Shown here: positions 37,198 through 46,618 of the stretch, one piece after another
Layout of the letters: the number at the start of each line of letters is the position of its first letter
Position numbering within the stretch: position 1 is the stretch's first letter
Virus record (IMG/VR): IMGVR_UViG_3300044675_006021
Coordinates: 1-53,127 of that record
DNA from: a virus
Taxonomy: Duplodnaviria > Caudoviricetes
Reading direction: 5' to 3' (one strand)
DNA length: 53,127 nucleotides
Notes under the pieces: model-generated
What the model saw: only the letters and a program-made list of their open reading frames with translations
Told to the model about the DNA's origin: nothing
Databases searched by the model: none
Translations under genes and position numbers: made by a program

Positions 37198-38915
37198 TTG
37201 AATTTTTAACTGTTCGCTTCAAAAACTTTGGGTCATTCGGCAACAACTTTTCCGAAATAGACCTTAACACAAGAAAGACAACGCTTGTAACTGGAACCAA
37301 TGGACACGGTAAGTCTTTTGCGTTGCTTGATTCTCTTTGCTTTGGATTGTTTGGCAAGCCATTTCGTCCAATTAATATTCCCCAGCTGGTAAACAGCGTC
37401 AACGGCAAGGGTTGTGTGGTTGAGATAGAATTTAACAAGTCTGGGTCGCACTACTTGATACGTCGTGGACTATCTCCCAAGATCTTTGAGATTCATAAAA
37501 ACGGAGAGATGATTGACCAAAATGCCAAAACTAAAGATTACCAAGAAATGTTCGAGGAACAGATTCTTGGTTTTGATTATTCTGCTTTCAAGCAAGTAGT
37601 GATTCTTGGTAAGTCAAATTTTATCCCCTTCATGCAGCTGACCCCTGCGGAGCGTAGGAAGATCATCGAAGGGCTGCTGGATCTGGATATCCTAGCAGAT
37701 ATGAATCAGTATGTTAAAGGACAGCTAGGATCGCTTAAGGTTAGCATAGCCGAGAATGAGTCTTTGGTTAAGATCTCACACGAAAAGATCAAAGCACAAA
37801 AACAATTTATCGATCAGGTAAAGACGCACAATGCTGATGATATCAAACTGCTTGATGAAAAAATTGAATCATTTGAGGCCAATATCAAACTAAGCAAATC
37901 TGAAAGAAGCGAGTTTGCAAAACAACTTGAAAAACTTTTAGGGGAGCAGGCAAAGTATCAAAAGACGGTTCAGTCTTTAAAAGACGTGCCTCTAATGCTG
38001 GCAAAAACAGAAGCTTTGGAGACGACGCTAAAAGAGGAAATAGAATCTCTGAATACTTCCGCAACATGTAAATGCTGCGGACAAGAACTTCCACTAGACC
38101 AAAAGCAAAAGCATATCCAGGATAAAGAAACCAAGCTTCTAGAATGTCAAAAAGCAATAAAAATTGCGCAAGACAAAAACCAAAAACTCCTTGATGCACA
38201 AAACCAATACAATTTTTATAAAGAAGAAATCGACACGATGAACAACGATATCGTGGGAATAAATTATAGAATTGGTAACGGTGAAGAGAACGTAAAGCGA
38301 CTCCAAAAAGAAAAGAAAGACAAACAAGCATCCAGCAACATATCTTCTTTGGAAGAAAGTCTGCACAAATCTGAATCTGAAAAACAAGAACTAGCTAATA
38401 CCCTACAGGCTCACATCAATGAACAAATTCACTACGATGTTGTCTACGATATTCTCAAGGATGGCGGTCTTAAGAGCCGTATCATCAAGCATTATGTTCC
38501 CATCATCAATGGACTCGTCAACAAGTTCCTCGGAAAGCTTAATCTCTATGTTGATTTCACCATCGATGAGGAATTCAAGGAAACAATCAAGTCTAGATAC
38601 AGAGATGCATTCTCATATTCCTCTTTCTCTGAGGGAGAAAAGCAGCGTATCGATTTGGCCATACTGCTGACTTGGCGTGAGATAGCCAAGATGAAGAACA
38701 GCCTAAATTGCAACCTGCTGATCTTTGATGAGATATTGGATTCATCCTTGGATGCTTCTGGTACAGAGTCGTTCCTGAAGCTCTTAAATAAGATGAAGAA
38801 TAAGTGCTCCATCTTTATCATTAGCCATAAGGCAGATGCGCTAGTGGATAAATTTGATTCTTCTATGCAGTTTGAAAAGAAAAATAATTTTTCAAAGATC
38901 AAGACAAATATCTAA
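37194..38915 (+). CDS. gp46: Recombination endonuclease subunit gp46 (Rad50-like ATPase)
   Basis: Walker A GTNGHGKS, coiled coil with CKCC hook, signature FSEGEKQRIDLA and Walker B FDEILDSSLD. Confidence 0.96.
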   Translation: MIEFLTVRFKNFGSFGNNFSEIDLNTRKTTLVTGTNGHGKSFALLDSLCFGLFGKPFRPINIPQLVNSVNGKGCVVEIEFNKSGSHYLIRRGLSPKIFEIHKNGEMIDQNAKTKDYQEMFEEQILGFDYSAFKQVVILGKSNFIPFMQLTPAERRKIIEGLLDLDILADMNQYVKGQLGSLKVSIAENESLVKISHEKIKAQKQFIDQVKTHNADDIKLLDEKIESFEANIKLSKSERSEFAKQLEKLLGEQAKYQKTVQSLKDVPLMLAKTEALETTLKEEIESLNTSATCKCCGQELPLDQKQKHIQDKETKLLECQKAIKIAQDKNQKLLDAQNQYNFYKEEIDTMNNDIVGINYRIGNGEENVKRLQKEKKDKQASSNISSLEESLHKSESEKQELANTLQAHINEQIHYDVVYDILKDGGLKSRIIKHYVPIINGLVNKFLGKLNLYVDFTIDEEFKETIKSRYRDAFSYSSFSEGEKQRIDLAILLTWREIAKMKNSLNCNLLIFDEILDSSLDASGTESFLKLLNKMKNKCSIFIISHKADALVDKFDSSMQFEKKNNFSKIKTNI

Positions 38916-38918
38916 ATA
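38911..38918 (+). promoter_or_regulatory. Late promoter TCTAAATA
   Basis: Overlaps the gp46 stop, 7 nt before the next ATG. Confidence 0.6.
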
Positions 38919-38925
38919 TTTGTAA

Positions 38926-39210
38926 ATGTTCAGAGGACAGTTTAAATTTAAAACAACTAATGGAGCCAGCATTCGTTATAATCTTGGCGATATTGTAGTT
39001 GAGCAAGGCCGTGCGTATGAGTGCAATACACCAACGACAAAGAGCCCTCTTCAATCGCCAAATAAATGGACTTTTACTGGACTGACTGAGGTTTTTAATT
39101 CGGAAAATCCGCCAATAAATCCAATCAGAAATCAAATTTGGGTTTCGGGGAACGGCACTCAATATATTTGGTATAAAGACCCAAATGGATTCCAGTGGGT
39201 TGAAATTTGA
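38926..39210 (+). CDS. Small probable virion protein (carbohydrate-binding-like plus fibre-junction motif)
   Basis: Y..GD.V...G..Y.C.......P......W (CBM5/12-like), followed by PP.NP...QIW....G..Y.W..D.N..QWV. Confidence 0.6.
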   Translation: MFRGQFKFKTTNGASIRYNLGDIVVEQGRAYECNTPTTKSPLQSPNKWTFTGLTEVFNSENPPINPIRNQIWVSGNGTQYIWYKDPNGFQWVEI

Positions 39211-39237
39211 CTTTATAATCTTTGGAGTTAATATAAT
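39207..39237 (+). promoter_or_regulatory. Sigma70-like promoter for the gp45 operon
   Basis: TTGACT-16-TAATAT, overlapping a TATAAT. Confidence 0.55.
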
Positions 39238-39240
39238 ACT

Positions 39241-39393
39241 ATGAATGAAGACAGTTTTGAGAAGTTTACCAATCGCCGTAAGAACAAGCCATCTGGTCTC
39301 AGCAAAAAGCAACACAAAAGAAGTGTGCGTGGAAACAGACATGAGCAGAAGCAAAAACTGAACGATTCGATTTACCGTAAAGATGTTGACTAA
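39241..39393 (+). CDS. Small basic protein, 50 aa
   Basis: Not in the ORF track. Reads MNEDSFEKFTNRRKNKPSGLSKKQHKRSVRGNRHEQKQKLNDSIYRKDVD* and fills the gap before gp45. Confidence 0.6.
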   Translation: MNEDSFEKFTNRRKNKPSGLSKKQHKRSVRGNRHEQKQKLNDSIYRKDVD

Positions 39394-39413
39394 TTTACAG
39401 AAAGATTTATATT

Positions 39414-40085
39414 ATGAACACTGTGACAAAAATGAGACTAACAAAAGAAACCTATAACATTCTCAAGAACTTTGCTGCGATCAATTCAAATATCTTGATC
39501 AATCCCGGCAACGTCTTGAAGACCATGAGCGCAGGCAAGAACATCTATGCTGAGGCTACGGTTGCTGAGGATTTTGATGTTGCTGTACCCATTTGGGATC
39601 TAAACAAGTTCCTTGGAGTAATCAGCATGTTTGCAAATCCAGATTTGGAGTTTCACGACACCCATGTCGTTATCTCCAATGGCCGGTCAAGCGTGACTTA
39701 TTTCTACTCTGAGCCTACTCTATTGACTGTTCCCACCAAGGAAGTCAAGATGCCCAGAACTGCAGTCAAATTTGATTTGGATGAAAAGGATCTAAACGAG
39801 GTCCTGAAGGCAGCAAACATTCTTCAGGTTAGTGATTTTAATCTTGTTGGTGCTGATGGTAAGTTTGTTATTACCGTTGATGATTCCAGCCAGAGCACCA
39901 GCAACAGCTTTGAGATCGTATTGGATGACAACTACAATGGTCCCGATGTTGAAGGTACGATCAACGTATCTGAAATAAAGTTTATTCCGGGTTCATACAC
40001 CGTGGAGTTGACTGATACCATTATTTCTAAGTTTACGCACAAGACTCTAAACCTATCTTACTTCGTCGCAATCAAGCGGGGATAA
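39414..40085 (+). CDS. gp45: Sliding clamp gp45
   Basis: T..ILKNFA.INS.I, KNI.AEA...E.F, I.DLN.FL and K..PG.Y.V motifs. Confidence 0.95.
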   Translation: MNTVTKMRLTKETYNILKNFAAINSNILINPGNVLKTMSAGKNIYAEATVAEDFDVAVPIWDLNKFLGVISMFANPDLEFHDTHVVISNGRSSVTYFYSEPTLLTVPTKEVKMPRTAVKFDLDEKDLNEVLKAANILQVSDFNLVGADGKFVITVDDSSQSTSNSFEIVLDDNYNGPDVEGTINVSEIKFIPGSYTVELTDTIISKFTHKTLNLSYFVAIKRG

Positions 40086-40087
40086 TC

Positions 40088-41032
40088 GTGACAGACATTA
40101 ATAACTTGCTTTGGGTCGAAAAGTATCGACCTAAGACGCTGTCGGATTGCATTCTTCCTGTAGATCTTTCCGTTGTTTTTAACGGAATGGTCAAAGAGGG
40201 TACAATTCCAAACATGATGTTATACGGCAAGGCAGGCACGGGAAAGACTACGGTCGCCCGTGCCATTGCCAATGACATTGGTGCAGATAGCATAATAATC
40301 AACTGCTCCGAAGAGAATGGTATCGATACTCTTCGTACAAAGATCCGCAATTATTGCTCTACGGTATCTTTGAACGGTGGGCTGAAGGTAGTCATTCTTG
40401 ATGAGTTTGATTACGCCAATCCAAACTCTGTTCAACCGGCTTTGCGTGGTGCGATTGAGGAGTTTGCCAAGAACTGCCGATTTATCATGACCTGTAACTA
40501 CAAAAACAGAGTCATTGATCCACTTCATTCTCGGTGCACTGGCATTGACTTTACGGTTCCTGCAGCAGAAAAAGCCCAGCTTGCCATGGGAATCCTTAAG
40601 CGTGTGGAACATATCCTAACTACTGAAAAGGTTCCATATGACACGCCAGTGCTCGTCAATCTCATCAAAAAGCATTTTCCGGACATTCGCCGTACTCTTA
40701 ATGAACTTCAGCGGTATTCTTCTTCTGGAAGAATTGATGTTGGGATACTGGCACAGGGTAGCTGCGATTCCTACAAGGAACTTCTTGGATATATGAAGGC
40801 CAAGGATTTTGCATCCTGCCGTAAGTGGACGATGCAAAACATTGACCTTAACACCACAGAGTTTTTCCGAAAGCTGTATAACGAGCTCTATAATGTGCTC
40901 AAGCCAAACTCAATTCCGCAGGCAATTTTGATAATTGCTGAGTATCAGTATAAGGCTTCGTTTGCAGCCGATCAGGAAATCAATACTATGGCAATGATTG
41001 TTCAAATCATGATGGATTGTGAGTTTAACTAA
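40088..41032 (+). CDS. gp44: Clamp loader large subunit gp44
   Basis: LWVEKYRP, G.AGTGKTT, DEFD, Q.ALRG.IE.F..NCRFI.TCN and PLHSR motifs. Confidence 0.97.
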   Translation: MTDINNLLWVEKYRPKTLSDCILPVDLSVVFNGMVKEGTIPNMMLYGKAGTGKTTVARAIANDIGADSIIINCSEENGIDTLRTKIRNYCSTVSLNGGLKVVILDEFDYANPNSVQPALRGAIEEFAKNCRFIMTCNYKNRVIDPLHSRCTGIDFTVPAAEKAQLAMGILKRVEHILTTEKVPYDTPVLVNLIKKHFPDIRRTLNELQRYSSSGRIDVGILAQGSCDSYKELLGYMKAKDFASCRKWTMQNIDLNTTEFFRKLYNELYNVLKPNSIPQAILIIAEYQYKASFAADQEINTMAMIVQIMMDCEFN

Positions 41033-41412
41033 TGGAGCTTAAACACTATCTCAATAGCATCAATTATGACAAAAAAGCCTTGATGGATAACGACGAAAAA
41101 GCAGAAAAGTTATATCCGCCATATATCGTGAATCGCTGCCTGTCATTTTTTTCTGACACCATATTTCATGCAAATGTCGCAAACTGCAACTGGACATTGG
41201 ACAAAAAAATGCAGTTTGATTTTTACAGACTTTCTATCAGAAAAAATAAACGGTTTTCTCCTTGGGTTAAAAAAGAGGAAAGTGCAGATATTGACCTGGT
41301 AAAACAGGCTTATGGATATACAGAACAGAAGGCTAGAGAAGTCCTAAATATATTGCGTCCCGAGGATTTGCAAGCAATACGCAAATCTCTAGATACTGGT
41401 GGGACAAAATAA
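41032..41412 (+). CDS. gp62: Clamp loader small subunit gp62
   Basis: LNSIN..K, YPPYIVNRCLS, RK.KRFSPW and K..YGY...KA motifs. Confidence 0.93.
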   Translation: MELKHYLNSINYDKKALMDNDEKAEKLYPPYIVNRCLSFFSDTIFHANVANCNWTLDKKMQFDFYRLSIRKNKRFSPWVKKEESADIDLVKQAYGYTEQKAREVLNILRPEDLQAIRKSLDTGGTK

Positions 41413-41427
41413 TATAAGGATTGTGTC

Positions 41428-41853
41428 ATGTCTGATGTTTCTAAGAATGTATTTAATGGTGTTGGAGTGCACATAAAATTATTAGATGATGAAGACTTCA
41501 TGGTAGTCCGTGAAACCTTATCTCGTATTGGTGTTTCTCCAAAGGGAAAAAACATATTGTATCAATCATGCCATCTTATCCATAAAGATGGCGTTTATGT
41601 TTTGGCACACTTCAAAGAATTGTTTGCTTTGGATGGCCTTCCTTCAAATGTCTCCGAAGAAGACATAAAACGTAGAAATGCCATAGCAAAACTTCTTGAA
41701 GAGTGGGAACTACTTGAAGTCGTGGACAAAGAAAAAATAAAAGAATCCATGGCAATCAATGGTTTAAAGATCATTAAATATACTGAAAAAGACAAATGGC
41801 AGTTGATACCGAAATTTAACACTGGTTCGTTGAGAAAATTTTTTAATTCATAA
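41428..41853 (+). CDS. regA: Translational repressor RegA
   Basis: DF..VRETLSRIGV, LYQSCH..HK.G.Y...HFKELFALDG, RRN.IA.LL.EW.L and W.L.PK motifs. Confidence 0.95.
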   Translation: MSDVSKNVFNGVGVHIKLLDDEDFMVVRETLSRIGVSPKGKNILYQSCHLIHKDGVYVLAHFKELFALDGLPSNVSEEDIKRRNAIAKLLEEWELLEVVDKEKIKESMAINGLKIIKYTEKDKWQLIPKFNTGSLRKFFNS

Positions 41854-41855
41854 GG

Positions 41856-43079
41856 ATGAAAATGCACAAATTAACACTTGCTATGATCGTCAAAAACGAA
41901 GCCCCAAACATTGAAAGATGTTTGGCTTCATGCGCCCCATTTATTGATTATTATGTAATCTGCGATACTGGTTCGACAGATAACACAAAAGAAATCATTA
42001 AAAACTTCTTTGATTCGAAGGGAATCCAGGGCGAGATCCATGACCATGAATGGTCCGATTTCGGAACCAACAGGTCAAAGGCACTTGAACTCTGCTTGGG
42101 TAAGACCAAGTGGGCTATGATGATTGATGCCGATGACTTTATTACCGGTACATTGCCCGTAAATAGTTTTGACGATAGCCTTGACGGTTATGTCGTAAAT
42201 ATCAGACGGGGTGAATTCCAGTGGCTGCGTGCACAAATTTTTAATCTTGCCAAGAAAAAGTGGTGGTATGAAGAGCCATTGCACGAATATGCAATGTGCG
42301 AACAGCCAATGAACGTGCAGCGCCTTGATGGAGACTATGCTTGGGAAGTTAGAACTGAGGGATGCCGGTCTCGGTCTTCGGCAAATGACATTGAAAAGTA
42401 CACCAAGGATTACCATGTCCTGAAGTCGTTCCTTGAAAAGGACCCAAATCAACCAAGAAAGCAATTCTATGCAGCGCAATCGGCATTTGATGCAAGGATG
42501 TATGATGTTGCTGAAAAGGAATATCTTGCTCGGGTTGCATTGGGTGCATGGCACGAAGAAGTTTTCTTTTCCTGGATGCGCATTGGAATGTGCCGAGAAT
42601 TTATAGGCAAACCAGTTGAACAAGTTGCAGATGCCTTTATGATGGCATTTGAAACTGCACCAAACCGTGTTGAGCCTCTATACCACCTTTCTTGCATCTA
42701 TAGAAAGCATAACAGGCCGAGAAATGCCTTCTTGGTAGCTTCTCTTGGTTTGACTATCCCAGTTCCAGAGAACGATATTCTGTTCGTGGATAAGGCGAAT
42801 TATAATTGGGGCATCTATGACGAAATTGCCACAACAGCGTATTATATCGGTCGCCCACATGTTGGTGTCGGTGCATGTGAAAAACTGCTTAAGGATTCCA
42901 ATCTTCCATCTGAACATAGAGAAAGAGTTTCAAATAACTACAAAATTTATGTCCAAGCCATGCACCAAATGCAACAGGCAATGATGGAACAGCAAAAAAT
43001 TTGGGCAGACAAAGTGGCAAAAGAATCCAATAAAACCACTTTAAATATCACGCCCGAGATGGCAAATTTAAAACTATAA
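41856..43079 (+). CDS. GT2 glycosyltransferase with C-terminal TPR repeats
   Basis: MIVKNE...I.RCL.S, DTGSTD.T, W.DF..NR, DAD, LHE, then a TPR-like region (FY.AQS, Y..R, A....P.R.EPLY). Confidence 0.9.
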   Translation: MKMHKLTLAMIVKNEAPNIERCLASCAPFIDYYVICDTGSTDNTKEIIKNFFDSKGIQGEIHDHEWSDFGTNRSKALELCLGKTKWAMMIDADDFITGTLPVNSFDDSLDGYVVNIRRGEFQWLRAQIFNLAKKKWWYEEPLHEYAMCEQPMNVQRLDGDYAWEVRTEGCRSRSSANDIEKYTKDYHVLKSFLEKDPNQPRKQFYAAQSAFDARMYDVAEKEYLARVALGAWHEEVFFSWMRIGMCREFIGKPVEQVADAFMMAFETAPNRVEPLYHLSCIYRKHNRPRNAFLVASLGLTIPVPENDILFVDKANYNWGIYDEIATTAYYIGRPHVGVGACEKLLKDSNLPSEHRERVSNNYKIYVQAMHQMQQAMMEQQKIWADKVAKESNKTTLNITPEMANLKL

Positions 43080-43094
43080 TCAAAATTTAGTTGT

Positions 43095-43102
43095 CCTAAA
43101 TA
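43095..43102 (+). promoter_or_regulatory. Late promoter CCTAAATA heading the fibre operon
   Basis: TAAATA core in the intergenic gap. Confidence 0.6.
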
Positions 43103-43112
43103 TAGGAGAATC

Positions 43113-43140
43113 AATAATAGCCCGTAAAAAGGCTATTATT
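43113..43140. other. Perfect 10-bp stem-loop in the leader
   Basis: AATAATAGCC-cgtaaaaa-GGCTATTATT. Confidence 0.75.
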
Positions 43141-43158
43141 ATTTGGAGAATCTTCTAG

Positions 43159-43557
43159 ATGTCAGACACCTTCAACCCTACGGCAGTAAAAGGCGATACA
43201 ATAAGCTGGGTTTTAAATTTAACCGGTCCTACGGGTGGAACCTATGACATTGGTGGTTGTACTTTTAATATGCAGGTAAGAAAAAGTTATCACCCTAGCG
43301 GATTGTTGGTTTCTTACGTGCTGCATGTAGAGGATGGTGATCCAGTAGTTCCAGCCAATGGTGTTGAAGGTGGCTTGGCTGCAAGTGCAACAGGTGGAAT
43401 TTTGTATGTGACAATAGGATCCACCTATTCACAGCATTTTTCTCAATATTCTTCATCTTTCTATGATATTCAGATGCAGTACCCAAATAATGGAGGTGTT
43501 ATCACCCTCCTCCGAGGAAGTATTGAAACTCTACCAGACGTAACTATACCACACTAA
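43159..43557 (+). CDS. Probable virion adaptor protein (BppU-like Ig fold)
   Basis: GDT, D..G.T..MQVR, G...V.I, YDIQ and LL.G.....PDVT motifs typical of the small gene preceding phage fibres. Confidence 0.65.
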   Translation: MSDTFNPTAVKGDTISWVLNLTGPTGGTYDIGGCTFNMQVRKSYHPSGLLVSYVLHVEDGDPVVPANGVEGGLAASATGGILYVTIGSTYSQHFSQYSSSFYDIQMQYPNNGGVITLLRGSIETLPDVTIPH

Positions 43558-43558
43558 T

Positions 43559-46500
43559 ATGGCAAGCACCAGCAGAACAATAAATGTAGAAGTAAACTCA
43601 ACACCTTATGCCGTTCAAGGTGCACGGGGAAATACCGGACCAACGGGACCAATTGGCCCAACAGGTCCCAGTTTCCCGCTGATGAATTTTACAGGAACTG
43701 TTGTTGTAAGTTACGGTTCCGCTTCAACGGTTACAGTAGATTCTTCTTATGGCGCCAATGCGTTTCAAATCGGAACTGTAATTAAAGTAAATTTTCCAGT
43801 TCTTGGAACGTTTCTTTATGGTGAAATTACAGCTTACGTCGGAACATCTCTGACTTTTAGACAAGTTAGTGGTACTGCAGTGGCTGCTTCTACGGCAACA
43901 TCTGGAACCATTGTTTTTGGTGCAACCTCACCAGATTTTGACACAGCTGTTCAAGTTCAGGTATCACAGGTTGCCAATGTAGGAACTTCGTATTACATTC
44001 CATTAGTTAGTGCATGTGGTGCCCAGTCCATATTTATTGATGCCAATGTCCTTCCATTAAGTTATATACCAAGTACATCATCCTTGCTATGTAATAATAT
44101 TGCTCTTGGAAATAAAAACGTTGGATTTGAATTTCTTAAAATTACAACAACTGAGATAAATTCAAATGATTTCTTTTATTTTATCTCGCAAAATGGTTTG
44201 TATTGCCAAGATAAAAATTTAGTTCAAATGGGAGACGTGACGGTTGAAAACTATGGAACCGTCATGGAAGTTTTGGGTGCAACATCTAATAACTTAGTTA
44301 AAATAAGAAATCAAGATGCTTCTGATACAACTCTAGCAATAAACAGAGATAGCGCTGATCCAAGAACCCATGCTCTTGAAATTAATAAGAGTGATGGAAA
44401 AGCCATAAAATTAATTTATAACGATGTAACAGACGGTGCACCTGATAATGTTCTACTAGAAGTAGGTAGCACGGGTTCATTTATAATTAACCCATCTGGA
44501 AGCTTAACCACAATTACAGGCGATCTATCTGTTTTGGGTGGCTATACCGGAAATCTTGTCACAAGCTTGAATAGTTTGGTTGGTGCTTTAAATCTAAGTG
44601 CTGGTCCAAATATTGGTATTACATCTGATAATGGTATAATTACTATTTCTGCGGTTGGGGGTCTAACTAGCGGAGTTTATGAATTAAATGGATTAAGTGG
44701 TGCTATAAATCTTGTTGCAGGAATGAATATCGGAATTACAGTTTCCGGTAATAATATTGAAATTTTATCAACAGGTGGCACTGGCAGTACTGGAAATACG
44801 GGTCCTACAGGACCACAGGGTCCACAAGGTAACACGGGCGCAACTGGTGAACAGGGCCCGCAAGGAAACACCGGTGCAACTGGTGAACAAGGTCCACAGG
44901 GGAACACAGGTGCAACTGGCAACCAAGGTCCTCAAGGCAATACCGGTAATACTGGGGCAACTGGCGCACCCGGAAATACTGGAGCCACTGGTGATCAAGG
45001 ACCACAGGGAAACACTGGTGCAACTGGTAATCAGGGACCACAGGGAAATACTGGTAATACTGGAGCAACTGGTTCACAAGGACCTCAAGGTAATACTGGT
45101 GCTACTGGTAATCCCGGACCACAAGGCCCCACTGGTGCAACTGGTTTAGCTGGAGATATCTTTTCTTCTACATCGACAACAGGAATTACTTTAGCTTCTA
45201 TAACTACAGGAAGTCAAGTTTCCTTAAATGTCGGTCCAGATTTAGCATATAGTCGTGTGCAGGATGTCTTAGTTGCTGCTGGTCTATCACAGTTTTTTAC
45301 AGCTACTGTAATAACATATGGCGGTGAAACTTTAACAGTACAAGTTTCTGGCGTTTGTGGATCAAACTTCTTTAATTCTTGGGATGTTAACCTTGCAGGT
45401 GCAGTTGGTCAGGCTGGACCACAGGGGCCACAAGGCAACACTGGTAATGCTGGTATACAAGGAAATACCGGTAATACTGGTGCTACAGGTGGAACAGGCC
45501 CACAAGGAAATACCGGTAATACAGGTAATACGGGTCCTACAGGAAATACTGGAAATACCGGGCTCCAAGGAAATACTGGCGCATCATATCTTGCACGAAC
45601 AACTACGCTTCAAGGCACAATAAGTGAACTCGTTAATCAAAATTTTGCTGGACCTTTCACTACGGCTAGATTCTTACCATATTCCGTTGGCGATAATGTC
45701 TTATGTTCTTCCATTTCAAACCCCACGAGGTGGATCATAGCGCCAGTAAGCGCATACAACCCGACAAATGGATCAATGACTATTTCTCCAATTTTGAGAA
45801 ATAGCGGCCCAGACGGAACTCTAATTACTAGCTGGTCTATAAATTTAACAGGCATACCAGGAATTACTGGTGCAACTGGTGCAACTGGTGCACAAGGCAA
45901 TACAGGCAATACCGGAAATACTGGACCGACCGGTCCACGCGGTAATACGGGAAATGATGGATTAAGTCCAACAAATTTCGTAGAATCTTTTAATGGATTA
46001 ACTGGTAGTGTATTTGGTGTTTCTTCAATCAATGGAGCAACGGGATCATTTCAAGTTGTAACATCTGTAAATGGTGCAACAGGAGCAGTCGAAAATGTTG
46101 CTAGACTAAATGTATCTCAAGACTTTACGTCTCAGCCTACATTTAGAAATGCGTTTACAATCCAAGCTCCATCTCCTGCGCCACTACTATCTGGTGGTCT
46201 CACTGCAAGCATAAACTTTAATACTCTATATGCACCAACACTGCAATATTACAATGAACCTTTTCAAAGTATTATTGTTCCTGCCGGAGGCGGTGCCGTA
46301 AATGTTGATCTAGCCGTTGCTCAGGTATTCTCGTTGCTTTTAAATGATAACATTACACAATTTAATATTCTGAATACTCCCCAAACAAACGACAGAACAA
46401 TTGGATTTACATTGATATTGCAGATGAATACTCCAAATAGAACTGTAAACTGGGGATCAAAAGTTCGCTGGCCAAATGGAATTGCACCTACTCTGAGCAG

Positions 46501-46594
46501 TCTACAAAAAATTGACGTGTTCTCATTCTTGACTATCGACAAGGGTGTTTCTTGGTTGGCATTTGTCGGTGGTCAAAACTTTGCAGGATCATAA
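43559..46594 (+). CDS. Collagen-like fibre protein 1 (1011 aa)
   Basis: Long G-X-Y tracts (GPQGNTGAT), repeated globular modules and NG.TG repeats. C-terminal W...V.WP.G.APTLS...DVFSF.T.D.G..W.A...GQNF fibre-tip domain. Confidence 0.85.
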   Translation: MASTSRTINVEVNSTPYAVQGARGNTGPTGPIGPTGPSFPLMNFTGTVVVSYGSASTVTVDSSYGANAFQIGTVIKVNFPVLGTFLYGEITAYVGTSLTFRQVSGTAVAASTATSGTIVFGATSPDFDTAVQVQVSQVANVGTSYYIPLVSACGAQSIFIDANVLPLSYIPSTSSLLCNNIALGNKNVGFEFLKITTTEINSNDFFYFISQNGLYCQDKNLVQMGDVTVENYGTVMEVLGATSNNLVKIRNQDASDTTLAINRDSADPRTHALEINKSDGKAIKLIYNDVTDGAPDNVLLEVGSTGSFIINPSGSLTTITGDLSVLGGYTGNLVTSLNSLVGALNLSAGPNIGITSDNGIITISAVGGLTSGVYELNGLSGAINLVAGMNIGITVSGNNIEILSTGGTGSTGNTGPTGPQGPQGNTGATGEQGPQGNTGATGEQGPQGNTGATGNQGPQGNTGNTGATGAPGNTGATGDQGPQGNTGATGNQGPQGNTGNTGATGSQGPQGNTGATGNPGPQGPTGATGLAGDIFSSTSTTGITLASITTGSQVSLNVGPDLAYSRVQDVLVAAGLSQFFTATVITYGGETLTVQVSGVCGSNFFNSWDVNLAGAVGQAGPQGPQGNTGNAGIQGNTGNTGATGGTGPQGNTGNTGNTGPTGNTGNTGLQGNTGASYLARTTTLQGTISELVNQNFAGPFTTARFLPYSVGDNVLCSSISNPTRWIIAPVSAYNPTNGSMTISPILRNSGPDGTLITSWSINLTGIPGITGATGATGAQGNTGNTGNTGPTGPRGNTGNDGLSPTNFVESFNGLTGSVFGVSSINGATGSFQVVTSVNGATGAVENVARLNVSQDFTSQPTFRNAFTIQAPSPAPLLSGGLTASINFNTLYAPTLQYYNEPFQSIIVPAGGGAVNVDLAVAQVFSLLLNDNITQFNILNTPQTNDRTIGFTLILQMNTPNRTVNWGSKVRWPNGIAPTLSSLQKIDVFSFLTIDKGVSWLAFVGGQNFAGS
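44790..45150 (+). repeat. Imperfect 36/45-bp tandem coding repeats ([12 protein letters not shown])
   Basis: Repeated ggNccacaRggNaaYacNggtgcaactgg units. Confidence 0.85.
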
Positions 46595-46601
46595 AAACTG
46601 A

Positions 46602-46609
46602 TATAAATA
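46602..46609 (+). promoter_or_regulatory. Late promoter TATAAATA
   Basis: Exact consensus before fibre protein 2. Confidence 0.8.
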
Positions 46610-46618
46610 TATTACTCC

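Noticed and set aside
44790-45580. Regularly spaced short DNA repeats resembling a CRISPR array
   Set aside because: The units are in-frame multiples of 9 bp with wobble-position variation encoding G-X-Y collagen; there are no unique spacers and no cas genes.
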